DNA of 63,998 bases, the filler included, from Dugesia japonica (Eukaryota), in the NCBI GenBank assembly GCA_001938525.1. It is 6 parts of 6 records of this genome, joined end to end, with 100 filler letters (N's around TTAATTAATTAA, not from the genome) between each part and the next. Parts side by side here need not be neighbours in the genome. Positions count along the whole stretch, not along the records: positions 22,478 to 31,833 come from MQRL01576876.1; positions 31,934 to 46,390 come from MQRL01642603.1; 4 more parts are not named here. One strand, 5' to 3'. The stretch's first letter is position 1, and each line of letters starts with the position of its first letter. The position numbers and the translations under genes are program-made. Below the pieces are notes generated by a model that was not told the DNA's origin, ran no database searches, and saw only the letters and a program-made list of their open reading frames with translations. Positions 25,070-37,640 of this stretch are shown in pieces.

Positions 25070-26085
25070 AAGAGTTTTCAAATAATATGTCTATGTTTAT
25101 TTGTTCTTGAAACATTATTAATTTCAATTGACTGGAATTGTATTGAAAATCTAATAATGTCAAACCGAAAGAAAGTATTTTGTTCTATTAGATCAATTAT
25201 CAAGAGAATCGTAGGGCATTTGTGGAAATATATTTGCCAAGAGCACAAATACTCAACAAGCGCTCAGAACATGAAGTTAAATTCTCTAACGAAGAAAAAA
25301 CAATATAAAGAAAACATTTATATAGGGTTTCATTCAAGGTTTGAACTTGAAAGGAACTTTGGTTGGTACATATTCACATTGTATTTGTCAATGAGCGTTT
25401 TCATAAAATTTTAATTTAACACAAATTACCATTTTCTTTTAATAATTTTTCCGATAATAATAATTCCGATTTTCCAAAAAAGTTAAATCAAATAAATGAT
25501 TTAATAATAGAAAATTAATTAAAATTAATTCAAAATCGTGTTCAAAATAATGTTTAATCGTTAAATTTTGGTTTGAAATTTATTTTTAGAAATAAAAATA
25601 ATTTAAAATGGAAAAAATCATATTTTTGATTTTATTTTGATAAAAGTAATCGAAATATTTTCTTTTAAAAAAATAAATGTGTGAATTGAAGGAACTTTGT
25701 TCTTCTCTGATTTTATCCTGAACTTGTCAGTTTCATTTTAATGCTATCGCAACATGAAAAGCGTGCAATNNNNNNNNNNNNNNNNNNNNNNNNNNNNNNN
25801 NNNNNNNNNNNNNNNNNNNNNNNNNNNNNNNNNNNNNNNNNNNNNNNNNNNNNNNNNNNNNNNNNNNNNNNNNNNNNNNNNNNNNNNNNNNNNNNNNNNN
25901 NNNNNNNNNNNNNNNNNNNNNNNNNNNNNTAATTTTTCAAATTATTTGGAAGATTAACATTGAAAAATATTAGATTAAATATTAGTTTAAATAATATAAT
26001 ATATAATAATAATATAATATAAATTTGAAAGAGTAAATTTTAAAATTCTAGTTAATTGTTAAAATATTAAATAAAAAAAACTTAC

Positions 26086-26175
26086 AAAACAACTTCATGT
26101 AAAATAAGAATGTTTTCATGGGGACTTAGACGCCTCATAGCTTGAATTTCTCTCAAATTATTAACTTGATCCCAT
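26086..26175 (-). CDS. MOK: Internal 90-nt exon of MAPK/MAK/MRK-overlapping kinase
   Basis: AG|..|GTAAG-bounded exon encoding WDQVNNLREIQAMRRLSPHENILILHEVVF, near-identical to the MOK subdomain III-IV peptide (QVNNLREIQALRRLNPHPNILMLHEVVF). Other exons were not confidently found. Confidence 0.85.
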
Positions 26176-26499
26176 CTAAATAATTAAAATAAATTTTTAA
26201 AAAATACACAAAAAATAATTAATAGAAATAATAATTATGTAACTAAAAGGGGCTTGTTAAATGAAATTTATTTCCACATAATTATTTTTATAAAAAACAA
26301 TGTAAATCTAAACCTAATGAATTCCTTAAATATTTTAAATGTTCTATCAATTTTATAAATTATATTAATTATCGATTAAATAAATAACTATATATATATA
26401 AAATCTTTATTTAAATAAATAATATAAATAACTATATAAATAATTATATTTAAAACGCAATCACCTTTTGATATCCAATTACAAAAACCAAGATAAATA

Positions 26500-26835
26500 A
26501 GATTTGTGGTCCCGAATGTATTTGTGATGGTAGAAATATATTGAATAATAAAAATATCACTTAAAAAATAACATGCAGTTTATATAAGGATACATATATA
26601 GGAGAATCATGCAGAACCATCCGTACAAGAATTAAGGAACATCTCAAACAGGAAGAAAGTGAAGTATTCAAACGCTTTCAACACAAACATAATATTTTAC
26701 CAGAAAATCATCATATTACATATAAAACATTAGGAACAGGCTACATTTCTACACTTCACAGAAAAAAACATGAACAAATAATTATTAAAGAGGATAAACC
26801 TAAGGTCAATGTGGTGTTCAATAATTACAATAATT
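26500..26835 (+). mobile_element. Penelope-like element 3' fragment (GIY-YIG)
   Basis: NIT*KITCSLYKDTYIGESCRTIRTRIKEH...EQIIIKEDKPKVN. A related copy lies at 55759-55940. Confidence 0.8.
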
Positions 26836-27816
26836 AAAATTTTAAAAAAAAAATGTTTATATCAATATCAATAAATTAAATGCTTAGTAAAAAACGAAAA
26901 AATATTGATTAAAAAAATTTTAATATGAATTTCAATATGGATTATAGTAAATAATTAAAAGAAATTGATAAAAAACACAAAAAATTCAAAAAAAAATTTT
27001 AAAATCTCTAATATATAAAAATTATATCAAAAAACCCAACTAATAATTAAACATTTAATAGATTTTTCGATTTAATTAAAAAATTTTAAGATTTAATTTA
27101 AAATATAAAATTTATAATTTAAATAAACCAATAAAATTTTTATAAAATATAAAGAATTTTGTAACAAAGATCTATTATTTTCGTTTTGAATCTATCTCGA
27201 AGTCATCATTTTTCTGAAGAAGAATATTGTCGAAAATTTGAATTTCAATGAAAATAGATTTTATTTTGATCTAAGGTTTTTCTTTATTTTAATGAAATCC
27301 CAAATAATTATTAATTAATTATCGGTTAAATAAATTAAATTAATTATTGATTATATAAATCATATTAATTAGTTAACATAATTTGACAAAGAGAATACTC
27401 CAATCAATACTTTATTGATTAATACAATTTGATTCTTTAAATAGTTTCAAACTTTAACTGTCATTTTGCTTTGAAATTACACATTTTCTATCTGTTAATA
27501 ATGTTATGACTTTGATTTTTTGGAGTAGCATTAATTCTACCTCATGCTATAGATAGTGATTTGTATTATTCTTTGCATCGATTATGAGTTCTTCTTGTTC
27601 AAATCAATCTTTATTTAGCTTAATTTTAACATTAAATGTTCTCTCAAATTGTTTATCAGTTATTTTTTAATTAAATAGAAAAAAAAGAAAACATTTTCCC
27701 ATGGTGTCATATGCAAGTAAAATCGGCAAATGAATCGATTGCAAATTATAATTTTTCCAACTAAACTCATTAACATATTCACAAAATAATACTAAGAAAG
27801 AACTTGTTGTATATGA

Positions 27817-28086
27817 CAGTAGTAGGCAAATGGTGTGTCGCAGCATGTGTCATGGTGTGTCACAAAAAAATTAAAACAACAACTGTTCACAACAACAAAC
27901 CCGTACATCGTATTGAACTTCACTGTTACAGTAAAGAATAATAAGATTTTTTTAATGCTTTCTGTCATTTCGTATGTTTCTCTAACTTTTTCGAAAAGAA
28001 TTAAAATAAATGTTTTTTGGTACCACTTTAAATTATAAAATAAATAAATTGGTGTATCGCCTCTTGAAAACGTTTGCCCACCACTG
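27817..28086. mobile_element. hAT (Charlie/Buster-like) MITE
   Basis: CAGTAGTAGGCAAA ... TTTGCCCACCACTG termini. The 8-bp flanks gtatatga / gtttacaa match partially, with a central TA. Confidence 0.7.
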
Positions 28087-28987
28087 GTTTACAAGATTAC
28101 TACAGAGGATAACTCAATCATTAATTAGTAACCAACTGATTTCATAATTTTTACACAAATAATTATACAAATATAAAAACAAATTTGCAACAAAATCATT
28201 TTACAGTGAAACGAAAAATGCCAATTAGAAATAAAACTAATGTAACTACTTATTTTTTGTCAGTAGAATTACTGAAAACTACTACAAGTTATTTTTACTG
28301 AAATATTTATGACTAAGGCTATCGAAAATTAATTAATGAAATTATTGACAAATCATTTGTTGACAGTTTTATTATCATCGAGAAAACTTGTAGATAATCT
28401 AATCAATCGCTTGATGATTTCATTTCAAAATTTTTTAATTTGTTCTTTCAAATGCTCGAATAATTCGATATGTATTTTTTCCAAATTAACTAGACAAGTG
28501 TTGGATTACTATTATCAATTATGCATTAACCTTCATTATAAAATTTCGAATTGATCGATGATTTATTAATAATAATAATAATTGTGAGTATGTTTAGAAA
28601 AACGGATTGAAATTTTTACGTTTTGGTGGGAAATCTTTTTCTTAAAATCTTTTTTTTTAAATTAAAAAATTGGTAAGAAATTAAGTTGTTAAAAATATCA
28701 ATAAGAAATATTAAATATTTAGGGAAAAATTAAGAACCAGTTTAAATATTTTTATACATAATTTATTGCAGACATTTTTATATGACTGATAAATTAAAAT
28801 ATTTGGATAATAAAAAAAGTATTTTATTTTTATTAATTTAAAAGATTGAGATTTCCAACGAAGCATAAAGTTTTAAATTTGCTTGAATAAACTAATAATG
28901 ATGGTAATTTTTTTGTTGTATTGTGAATACATCTTTAATGGATTCAATTTGTGAATTTAATTCTTCGATGAGTACTTCAAGCTCATC

Positions 28988-29032
<45 letters not shown>

Positions 29033-29609
29033 TAATATTAATAATAATAATAATAATAATANNNNNNNNNNNNNNNNNNNNNNNNNNNNNNNNNNNNNNN
29101 NNNNNNNNNNNTATTAATAATGATAATAATAATAATATTAATAATGATAATAATAATAATATTAATAATGATAATAATAATAATATTAATAATAATAATA
29201 TAATAATAATAATTTTTACGAAAGGTTAATTTCACAATCAAAAGTAATTGAAGATCTACCCACCAATGATGAATAATAATTAATATAAATAAAATATAGT
29301 AGGTTTTTTGGTAGACACTTCGAATATAATGAAACAGCTTCAGTAAATATTATTTCACTCTATTTATTACACAGCTATACTAATATTTGAATCAACATTC
29401 TAGTATATTGGATAATGAATTACATAACTATAAAGTTTAGTTATTATTTTCATATTTTAACGTCTATCTGAATTTACAATTCTAAATATATGCTAATTGT
29501 CAATCAAAATTAAGAAATGGGTACTTTTCTTTTATATCCAGAGTAATTTTTTAAAATATTATTATTAATTTTTTATATTATAATATTAATATAATTATTA
29601 ACAAATAAC

Positions 29610-30340
29610 TTAACATGCCATTTAATTAAATATTTATTTAGCACAACAAGTTTCGACAGTATATATGTCATTTTCAGTGGAACTGTTTAACACNNNNNNN
29701 NNNNNNNNNNNNNNNNNNNNNNNNNNNNNNNNNNNNNNNNNNNNNNNNNNNNNNNNNNNNNNNNNNNNNNNNNNNNNNNNNNNNNNNNNNNNNNNNNNNN
29801 NNNNNNNNNNNNNNNTGACACCAGTTTGAACATTAATTTTTGGATCATATGATCTAATCATCAATGCTTCGCACATGATTCTTTTCCAAATAATCTTTAA
29901 AATTTCTGCACAGAATTTTGAAATTATTAATATTTATATCTGTCATATCTGTAAAAGGATTCAGGAACATAGTCGGTTAGATAATCGCAGTAATATTTCT
30001 GAACACAATATTCAATGTAAATGTCTTATAAATATTAATAATTTCAAATATTCAGTACAGAAATTTTAAAAGAAGAAAATTGGGAAAGAATCATGTGCGA
30101 AGCATTGATGATTAGATCATATGATCCAAAAATTAATGTTCAAATTGGTGTCAATAAATCTTTATTGAATGTCTTTAATTAATTGGAATTTTATTGAGAC
30201 TGTTACATAATCGATTGCATAATGCGGAACTTAAGTATATACTCTATTCTTAGTGTTAAACAGTTTCCTTGAAGATGACCGATATACTGTCAAAACTTGT
30301 GCTAAATAAATATTTAATTAAATGGCGTATTAAATTATTT
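29610..30340. mobile_element. Penelope-like 3' end / pLTR in inverted duplication
   Basis: The GIY-YIG C-terminus (CKRIQEH...MCEALMIRSYDPKINVQ) and its 3' UTR are present on both strands as inverted copies (29610-29930 and 30040-30340). Confidence 0.8.
29650..29690 (-). ncRNA. Degenerate minimal hammerhead ribozyme motif of a Penelope pLTR (second copy ~30260-30296, +)
   Basis: CTGAAAATGAC-atatatact-GTCGAAAC and TTGAAGATGAC-cgatatact-GTCAAAAC; the consensus CTGAAGA-TGAC..GTC-GAAAC is a hammerhead core. Each copy carries core mutations. Confidence 0.5.
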
Positions 30341-30948
30341 ATAAATAGATTGCCATTATTCTTTAACTTTTTGTATAATTATTAACAATTAATAATTAAC
30401 AAAATTTTATTTTATATACACATGATACAATTATTTCTTTTCTGATGAAGGCAGATCGAATCGTTTCCTAATTAAGTTTGATGGGTTATATTGAAGAATA
30501 GAAAAAAATAAACAAATAAATGAGATATCTAATATTATTATATTGGACTAATCAATATATTTACATAACAATATAAGTAATAAATAATAATATTAAAATA
30601 ATGACCCCGGATAACATAAAATTACGAAGAAATATAATTAAACTATTTACGAATATGATAAATGAACAAACGAATTTTCAAGTTTTCCCGAGTGTATATT
30701 TCCGCAAATTTAGTTAAAAATATCATAAATAAAAGAATTATTTGTTTACTGTAAATATCATATAACTCAATAAAATGTTGACAATTATCTTCATTAGAAA
30801 AATGTTTTTAATTTCTGAGTTGAACTTCAATTAATTTGACTTAATTTCCCATTGTTAATAAATTATTAATTAATTAGTCTTGCATCCTGTCTTAAATATT
30901 TGTGAAAATTATTCCGAACTTTATTTACTGAATCTTATTTAAAAACTA

Positions 30949-31007
<59 letters not shown>

Positions 31008-31759
31008 TATTAATATATAATTTCCCTATGCATAATTGAACCCTTTAGAGGAGGATGAGAAATTAAGGCCAACCACGAATTAATTCTTAATTGCTCATTG
31101 GTCCTAATTCCTCCTTACTTATATAAATCATTGAAGGAAAGTCCTGGTTGGTCTTCATTCTGTAACTCTTGTTCTGGTTATTCTTTGAATAGTATATAAG
31201 AAATATTTGATACGAAATTATGTCAAAATTGATGAGCCCTTTTATTTTACGTTTAGCGCCTAGAAACGCTCAAATCTGCTCCTATCTTTATAATTGTTTA
31301 ATAAATTATGCGATGTTTGAAAACCGTATGGTTAAATAAAATTGTTTGACATTATTCAAAGTCTCAGTTTTTACTAAGATGAAAGAAATGGAAAATACAT
31401 AAATAATTGGAAATTTTCTAAAGTTTGGAATAATTTAAAATTTTTTTGAGAATATTCTCTGTGCCTCAAATTAAATGTTAATAAAAAGTATTGAATTTAA
31501 TAAAAAACTTTATTTAAGGTTTATAATAATTTTCCAACTAATAGTTTTGTTGATGAAAATAAAAGTATTGATAAACTCACGAATCGTAATGTTGCTTCAT
31601 TTTTTTGCATGCAAAATAATCTTTATTTTTCACATTTTGACATTTAAGAACCTCTGAAAATGTACCTTCACCTTTTTTACTGATTAATCTAAAATCTAAA
31701 AATGAAATAAAAATTCCATATTTTTTACAATTAAAAATTCTAAAAAAACATTTCTAATA

Positions 31760-31790
<31 letters not shown>

Positions 31791-31933
31791 TTAATAATAA
31801 TAATAATAATTATTATAATAATAATAATAATAANNNNNNNNNNNNNNNNNNNNNNNNNNNNNNNNNNNNNNNNNNNNTTAATTAATTAANNNNNNNNNNN
31901 NNNNNNNNNNNNNNNNNNNNNNNNNNNNNNNNN

Positions 31934-32019
31934 CTAATTCTAGATAATGACAATTTATTTTTTAAATCTAAAATTGTATAATCTTCATGTAAGCTAGGGT
32001 ATAACTTGTCAGTGTCCAT
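31934..32019 (-). CDS. N-terminus of the Polinton LYP-L membrane-type protein (truncated by contig end)
   Basis: MDTDKLYPSLHEDYTILDLKNKLSLSRI; similar to the ORF at 12441. Confidence 0.5.
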
Positions 32020-34889
32020 TTTCTTTAAGAAAAATACTCTTTAAATAAATTCCTTTAGGTAAAGTTATTTCTATAAAGTTAATATTTTCATTAAATGTTT
32101 TGTGAAAGAAATATTCCGTTTTATTAAATAAAGGCTCATTATATTCATGTGTAGTATTATTTATTTTAATGGAATATTTAATTTTTTTAATATCAAAATT
32201 ACCATTTATTGAACATTCTAAACTATTTATACGCGTCTTTATAGAAACAACAAATGGTTCTATAAGAAAAAATTGTTTTAATTCGGATGAGCCCATTATA
32301 ACCCCATTTCTTTTAAAATCTATTCTTTCCACTTTTTCATTAATAGTAAAATATGGAAGATCTTTTTCATCAGCTAAAAAAAATAAAAATAATTGAGTTT
32401 TATCAATAAAAAAAATAATAAGTAATTATTAATTATTTCATTTATACTTTTAAGTGTTAACTCATCACCATTTTCAAAAAATTCTTTATTAAATAATCTT
32501 TTATTAAATAATCAATTCTTTTAATTTGAATATTATGAAGTTCTGGTTTTATTTTTTCATATTCTTTTAATAATGCTTCAGGAATTTTAACCGCAAGTAA
32601 TTTAACATTTAAATCCATTAAATAAATTCCTTTTGGTAAAATTATTTGTATAAAGTTTATATTATTATCTTTAATAATTTCATTACTTTCTGGATAAATT
32701 TTCATAATATTATCATTGGGTTTAACAAATAAAAATGATACTGCAATTTTATTAAATTTAATAATATAATTAAATTTTGGAACTTCACAAAAACCATCTA
32801 TANNNNNNNNNNNNNNNNNNNNNNNNNNNNNNNNNNNNNNNNNNNNNNNNNNNNNNNNNNNNNNNNNNNNNNNNNNNNNNNNNNNNNNNNNNNNNNNNNN
32901 NNNNNCCTTTTCTCATAAAATCAAAATCATATACATATTTATCTATAACAGTAAAATATGGAAGTAAATCATTTTTTTAGTAGGAATTATTGAAAGTAAT
33001 ATTTGTCGGGAGGGTGAATTAAAATAAGGTAAGTAATTATCAATAAAATGTTTTATATATTTAGTGTCATATGTTTTAGAAAAAATATTAAATTTATCAA
33101 TATAAATTTTATGTAGGGTTGGTTTTATTATTTCATATTCTTTTAATAAATCTTCATAAATTTTAAAATTATATGTTTTAATAATTAAATGATTTAAATA
33201 AATATTTTCTGGTAAAATTACTTCAACATAATTTATTTTTACATCTTTATTAATATCAGTACTTTCTCGATAAATTACTATTTTTTTAGTTTCGGGCGTA
33301 AAATAATATTCTGTTGCTATTGCTATATTATTAATTTTAATAATGTAAATAAATCGTTTTTCACACATACCTTCTATAAATATACAAAGTTTTTCATTAA
33401 TGTTAGCATGTAATTTAACAGAAAAATATTCTTCAAGATAAAAACTATTGTTTATCATTTTACCTTTTCTTTTAAAATCTAAATGATGTACATATTTATC
33501 ATTTATATGAAATTGTGGAAGAATTTGATAACAGTTAATTGTTAATAATGAATTGTTATTTGGTATAAAAACATATGGTAAGTAATTATCAATTGTCTCT
33601 CTTAAACTTTTAATATTATTATTTTTAAATAAAACATTAATTCTATCAACATGAATTTTGTGAAGATTTGGTTTTATTCTTTTAAATTCTTTATTTAATC
33701 TATCAGCAATTTCTAATTTAAACAATCAAACACTTAAATCTTGTAAATAAATTCCTTATGGTAAAATTATTGAAATAAAATTTATATTAACATCTTCATT
33801 AATTTCAGTACTTTCTCTAAAAATATCAATAGAATTATTTTCAGATTTAACATATAAAAATCTATAATATAATTGATTAATTTTAATGGTATAAAAAGAT
33901 TTTTCAATATCACAATAACCCATTATATTTATACTAATTTTTTCATTTATCTTTGTATGTAAAATAATGGTTAAAGATTCTTCAAGGTAAAAATATTGAA
34001 TATTTGACACAAGTTTCATTATACCTTTTCTTTTAAAATCTAAATTATGAACATATTTACTCATAACAGTAAATTGAGGAAGTGTATCATATTTTTCATA
34101 ACATATAATTGAAAATATTATTTTGTTGGTTTGTATAAAAACATAAGGTTAGTAATTATTAATTATTTCTTTTAAACTTTTAAGTGTTAAATCTGAAAGT
34201 GTTTCTTTATAAGTTTCAAATAAAACATTAATTTTATCATCAAAAATTTTGTGTTGTCTTAATTTTATTGGTTTAATTTCTTTAAGTATTTTTAAAATTT
34301 TAGATCTAAAATCTTCTATATATAATTTAATATCATTAATATTATTTAAATATTGGTCAAATGTTTTTTTTTTATCTAAATTAAGAGGTAATTACATAAT
34401 TTTATTATTTAATGTGAGAATTTCTTTTTTAATTTTCTTACTTAAATCGCTTCGCTGGTCTTCTGACAAATCAGGATCACTTAATTTTTTTAAATTAGAA
34501 ATTAAATCAATTCTTTTAAATGGGAAAAGTATTTGATTTATTCTTTTAATATCAGAATCAATATTATCAAATGTATCCNNNNNNNNNNNNNNNNNNNNNN
34601 NNNNNNNNNNNNNNNNNNNNNNATTAAGTTCTTTAGAGAAATCTATATTATTTAATTTGTTTAATTCATCAGCTTTAAATTGTAAATATGTTTTACTAAT
34701 TGTGGATTTATCTATCTTTAAAACTTTTGTAAAAATTAATTCATGTGATTGTAATTTATTTTCTAACTCTTTAATATATTTTAAATTAACTGCATCATTT
34801 AAATCTTTAGGATCTTCTGTTATTTTTAAAGTTGTAATTGTGCCAACTGTTTCATTTACAAATTTACTTTCATTTTGTGCATCTGACAT
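32009..34889 (-). pseudogene. Fibre/spike-like protein: N-terminal DP-D--DAVNLKY anchor, coiled-coil, then four tandem ~185-200 aa repeats
   Basis: Track ORFs 34392, 33756, 32943, 32457 and 32009 join across stops and frameshifts. The unit INNYLP..LP(Q/Y)FT...DFKRKG..F..EE...IKIN...INFI.I.LPKGIYL recurs at ~34155, 33585, 33035 and 32425. Confidence 0.7.
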
Positions 34890-34949
34890 TTTGCATCTAC
34901 AGTTTTTAATATTTGTGTAGTATTAACACCATGAATACTTTCACCAAAC

Positions 34950-35402
34950 TTATTCATCCTTTTCCAATAGTGAATTATAAAGTGTTAACATTTCAGATAT
35001 AATATTATCAAAAGATTTGTGTTGGATTGAATATAAAAAATAAATACATAATACACCACATATTTTAGTACCAAAATGTTGAACTTGAATTTTATTATAA
35101 ACTTTTACATGTTTTTCAATTTCATCTAAAGGTTTTAAACCAAATGAGTCAAAATAGACTCCACCTTTGGTTCGTGCTTCGCTGTAATATCCATTACTGT
35201 AACATGTTCAATGTGTTCCATTTTGATTTTCATTTTGATAATTAAATATTATGTTTGTAGATGGTAATATTTTAGGTATCTCATTTTTCATGTAAATTTC
35301 TAATGGCATTTCTAAAAAGTTAGCAATTGAATATAAATCAAAATTTGTTGTTGTATTAATACCAAAGGTTTTTAAGAAATCAATTAAATTGTAAGATGTC
35401 AT
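34950..35402 (-). pseudogene. Adenain-type (C5/Ulp1 clan) maturation cysteine protease
   Basis: NYQNENQNGTH*(W), YFDSFG and QVQHFGTKICG contain the H-D-(Q)-C catalytic set in one frame with one stop. Confidence 0.9.
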
Positions 35403-35426
35403 TTGTTAAATGAAAAATGTAAAATG

Positions 35427-36181
35427 TTACAGTCGATATTTTCTTAAATGAACTAAAATTGAAATTGTTTCTTGGTTAAAATCTATTGTGTTAAAGTTTT
35501 CATCNNNNNNNNNNNNNNNNNNNNNNNNNNNNNNNNNNNNNNNNNNNNNNNNNNNNNNNNNNNNNNNNACCAAATGCAACTGAATTTATTGGAAATGAAT
35601 ATAATAAATTAATTTGTTCTGTTTCACCTTTATCAGATTTTATAGAATTACCTTTAACAATGTTACAAGTTACTTTTATCATGTTAATATGTGAAATGTC
35701 AACTTTATTATCTGAATAATGTTTTCCTACTTTATAAATATTTGGTTTAAAACCCAAAAAACCATGTAAAAAAGATTTATCATCAAAAGTTAAAATTTAA
35801 TCTTCTATAATTTTAGGTCCAGATGCTAATGAAGCAATTTCTCCAGTAGCTAACTTAGCGATTTGTTCAGAGGTTAGTGTAGCGATTTCAATTTTATCTT
35901 TAGGTAGTATTATCAAATTACACTTTGTTGTTGATGTATCTGGTATAATTTCTATTCCATGTTTAGTTTTTAATTTTTCANNNNNNNNNNNNNNNNNNNN
36001 NNNNNNNNNNNNNNNNNNNNNNNNNNNNNNNNNNNNNNNNNNNNNNNNNNNNNNNNNNNNNNNNNNNNNNNNNNNNNNNNNNNNNNNNNNNNNNNNNNNN
36101 NNNNNNNNNNNATTCTATAGGATATTTCAAATCCATTATTAAATCTTGTTCTTTACCAACTATTAAGAATTGATGACTCAT
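35427..36181 (-). pseudogene. Minor capsid protein (penton)
   Basis: FLGF....SDNKVDISHINMIKVTCNIVKG..LLYSFP...DENFNTIDFNQETISILVHLRK, the typical Polinton mCP signature. Confidence 0.85.
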
Positions 36182-36223
36182 CTTTGCTATTTATTTATGA
36201 AAATATTTAGTTTTATATTTATC

Positions 36224-37096
36224 CTAAATCTTGTTAGATATTAAACTCATCATTTTTAATTTTTTACATACACTTTGAATTTCTCCATGTAAATTGTTAT
36301 GTCCAGATTTAGTTGCCGATATTAATAATGTTAATTTTTCAAATAATGCTAGAGGATTAAGTGCATCACCTTCTTTTTTATCTATTGTTTTATCTTGTTC
36401 TTTTTTTAAAGCTTTACTAACATCTTCAGGATCAATTCTACTTGTTTGTCTACTTTTATTTAAATCTACTATTGATTTTAAATATTGACAATAAGGATTT
36501 CTCCCAGGTGGTTTTATTATTTCTGTTAAATATTTAACTATAAACCTTTTTATGGGTGTATTTAGTTTAGAAGAAATACTAAAATTACCCATCATGACAT
36601 CAAAACATTCTTCTTCATATTCATCTTCATAAATTGTATTATTTATTGCTAAATGTTTTACACCTTTAGTTGTAAAGAAAAATATTGTTACATTTGTTTT
36701 GTTATAATATAATCTTTTATATTTTTTATTACTTGGTGTTATAGGTATTTCAGTAATTAGAGGAATTAATGTTGGTGATAGTATATCAATATTAACTGTT
36801 AAATTTTTGGGTATAAATGGAAATACATCTTTAGCCATTAACATATTAATAATTACATCTTTAGCGAATAAATCTATTTTTGGTTCATCTAATATTTTAG
36901 GTTGAACTATTGTTGGATCTATTATTTGTTTACTTTTTTCAATTGCTGCAATTGTTGGTTTTTGTAAAGTAGATAAAGTACTTTGTAATTCTCTAGATTC
37001 AATTACATTACCACAGAAAAAATCATTATATTTTTGTTGAGCATTAATTAATGCTTTTAATTCTTTAATTCTTTCATTAACTTGTTCAGTATTCAT
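36224..37096 (-). CDS. Conserved Polinton accessory/core protein
   Basis: Intact 290-aa ORF. Its C-terminus NPLALFEKLTLLISATKSGHNNLHGEIQSVCKKL fits the P--L--RL-LL--S--AGN----EI--I---L motif common in Polintons. Confidence 0.7.
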   Translation of the reverse strand: MNTEQVNERIKELKALINAQQKYNDFFCGNVIESRELQSTLSTLQKPTIAAIEKSKQIIDPTIVQPKILDEPKIDLFAKDVIINMLMAKDVFPFIPKNLTVNIDILSPTLIPLITEIPITPSNKKYKRLYYNKTNVTIFFFTTKGVKHLAINNTIYEDEYEEECFDVMMGNFSISSKLNTPIKRFIVKYLTEIIKPPGRNPYCQYLKSIVDLNKSRQTSRIDPEDVSKALKKEQDKTIDKKEGDALNPLALFEKLTLLISATKSGHNNLHGEIQSVCKKLKMMSLISNKI

Positions 37097-37102
37097 GCTA
37101 TT

Positions 37103-37635
37103 TTATATAGTATTATTTGGGTTTGGGCTATATGGATTAAGATATAAACCATTACCATTTTTCCATGGATTTAAATATAAACCATTTCCATTTTTAATTA
37201 TTTCAATTCCTTTTTTAAAATATTTTGTTACATCTTTAATGTTAGGATTAATATTTTTAAAATATTTATGTATTGCATTTCCTTGATATGGATTAAGATA
37301 TAAACCATTTCCATTATATGGATTAAGATATAAACCATCACCTGTTTGTGGTTCACTATTTTCAAGTAAATCAATCTCTTTTTGTGTTTCAATTGCTTCT
37401 TTTGAACTAGCTACAGTAGATGCAAGACCAGATGCAATACCTGCTGTTCCGGCTAATGCACCAATTATTGCTGGTATTGTAGCTAAAAATGCAAATCCAC
37501 CTTCTTTACTTTTTTTTTAAGTTCATCTTTAACTTTTTTACTAATATAATAATTTTTACCATTAATTTTTACAGATTTACATTTTTTAGAATTTACTATT
37601 TTTTCTAATTCTTCTTTTGTTATATTGTCACTCAT
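37103..37635 (-). pseudogene. Putative virion core / membrane-active precursor with GG|F site and four GLYLNP repeats
   Basis: One frameshift in an A-run. KEGGFAFLATIPAIIGALAGTAGIASGLAS is followed by G(D/N)GLYLNP(Y/W) x4. Confidence 0.7.
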
Positions 37636-37640
37636 TTTAA

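Noticed and set aside
22895-29241. Poly-Tyr/Leu/Asn/Ile ORFs and X-filled ORFs in the track
   Set aside because: Artefacts of (AAT)n microsatellites and N gaps.
30442-30466. CTGATGAAGG..CGAATCG hammerhead-like string
   Set aside because: The GAAA box is broken and there are no convincing helices.
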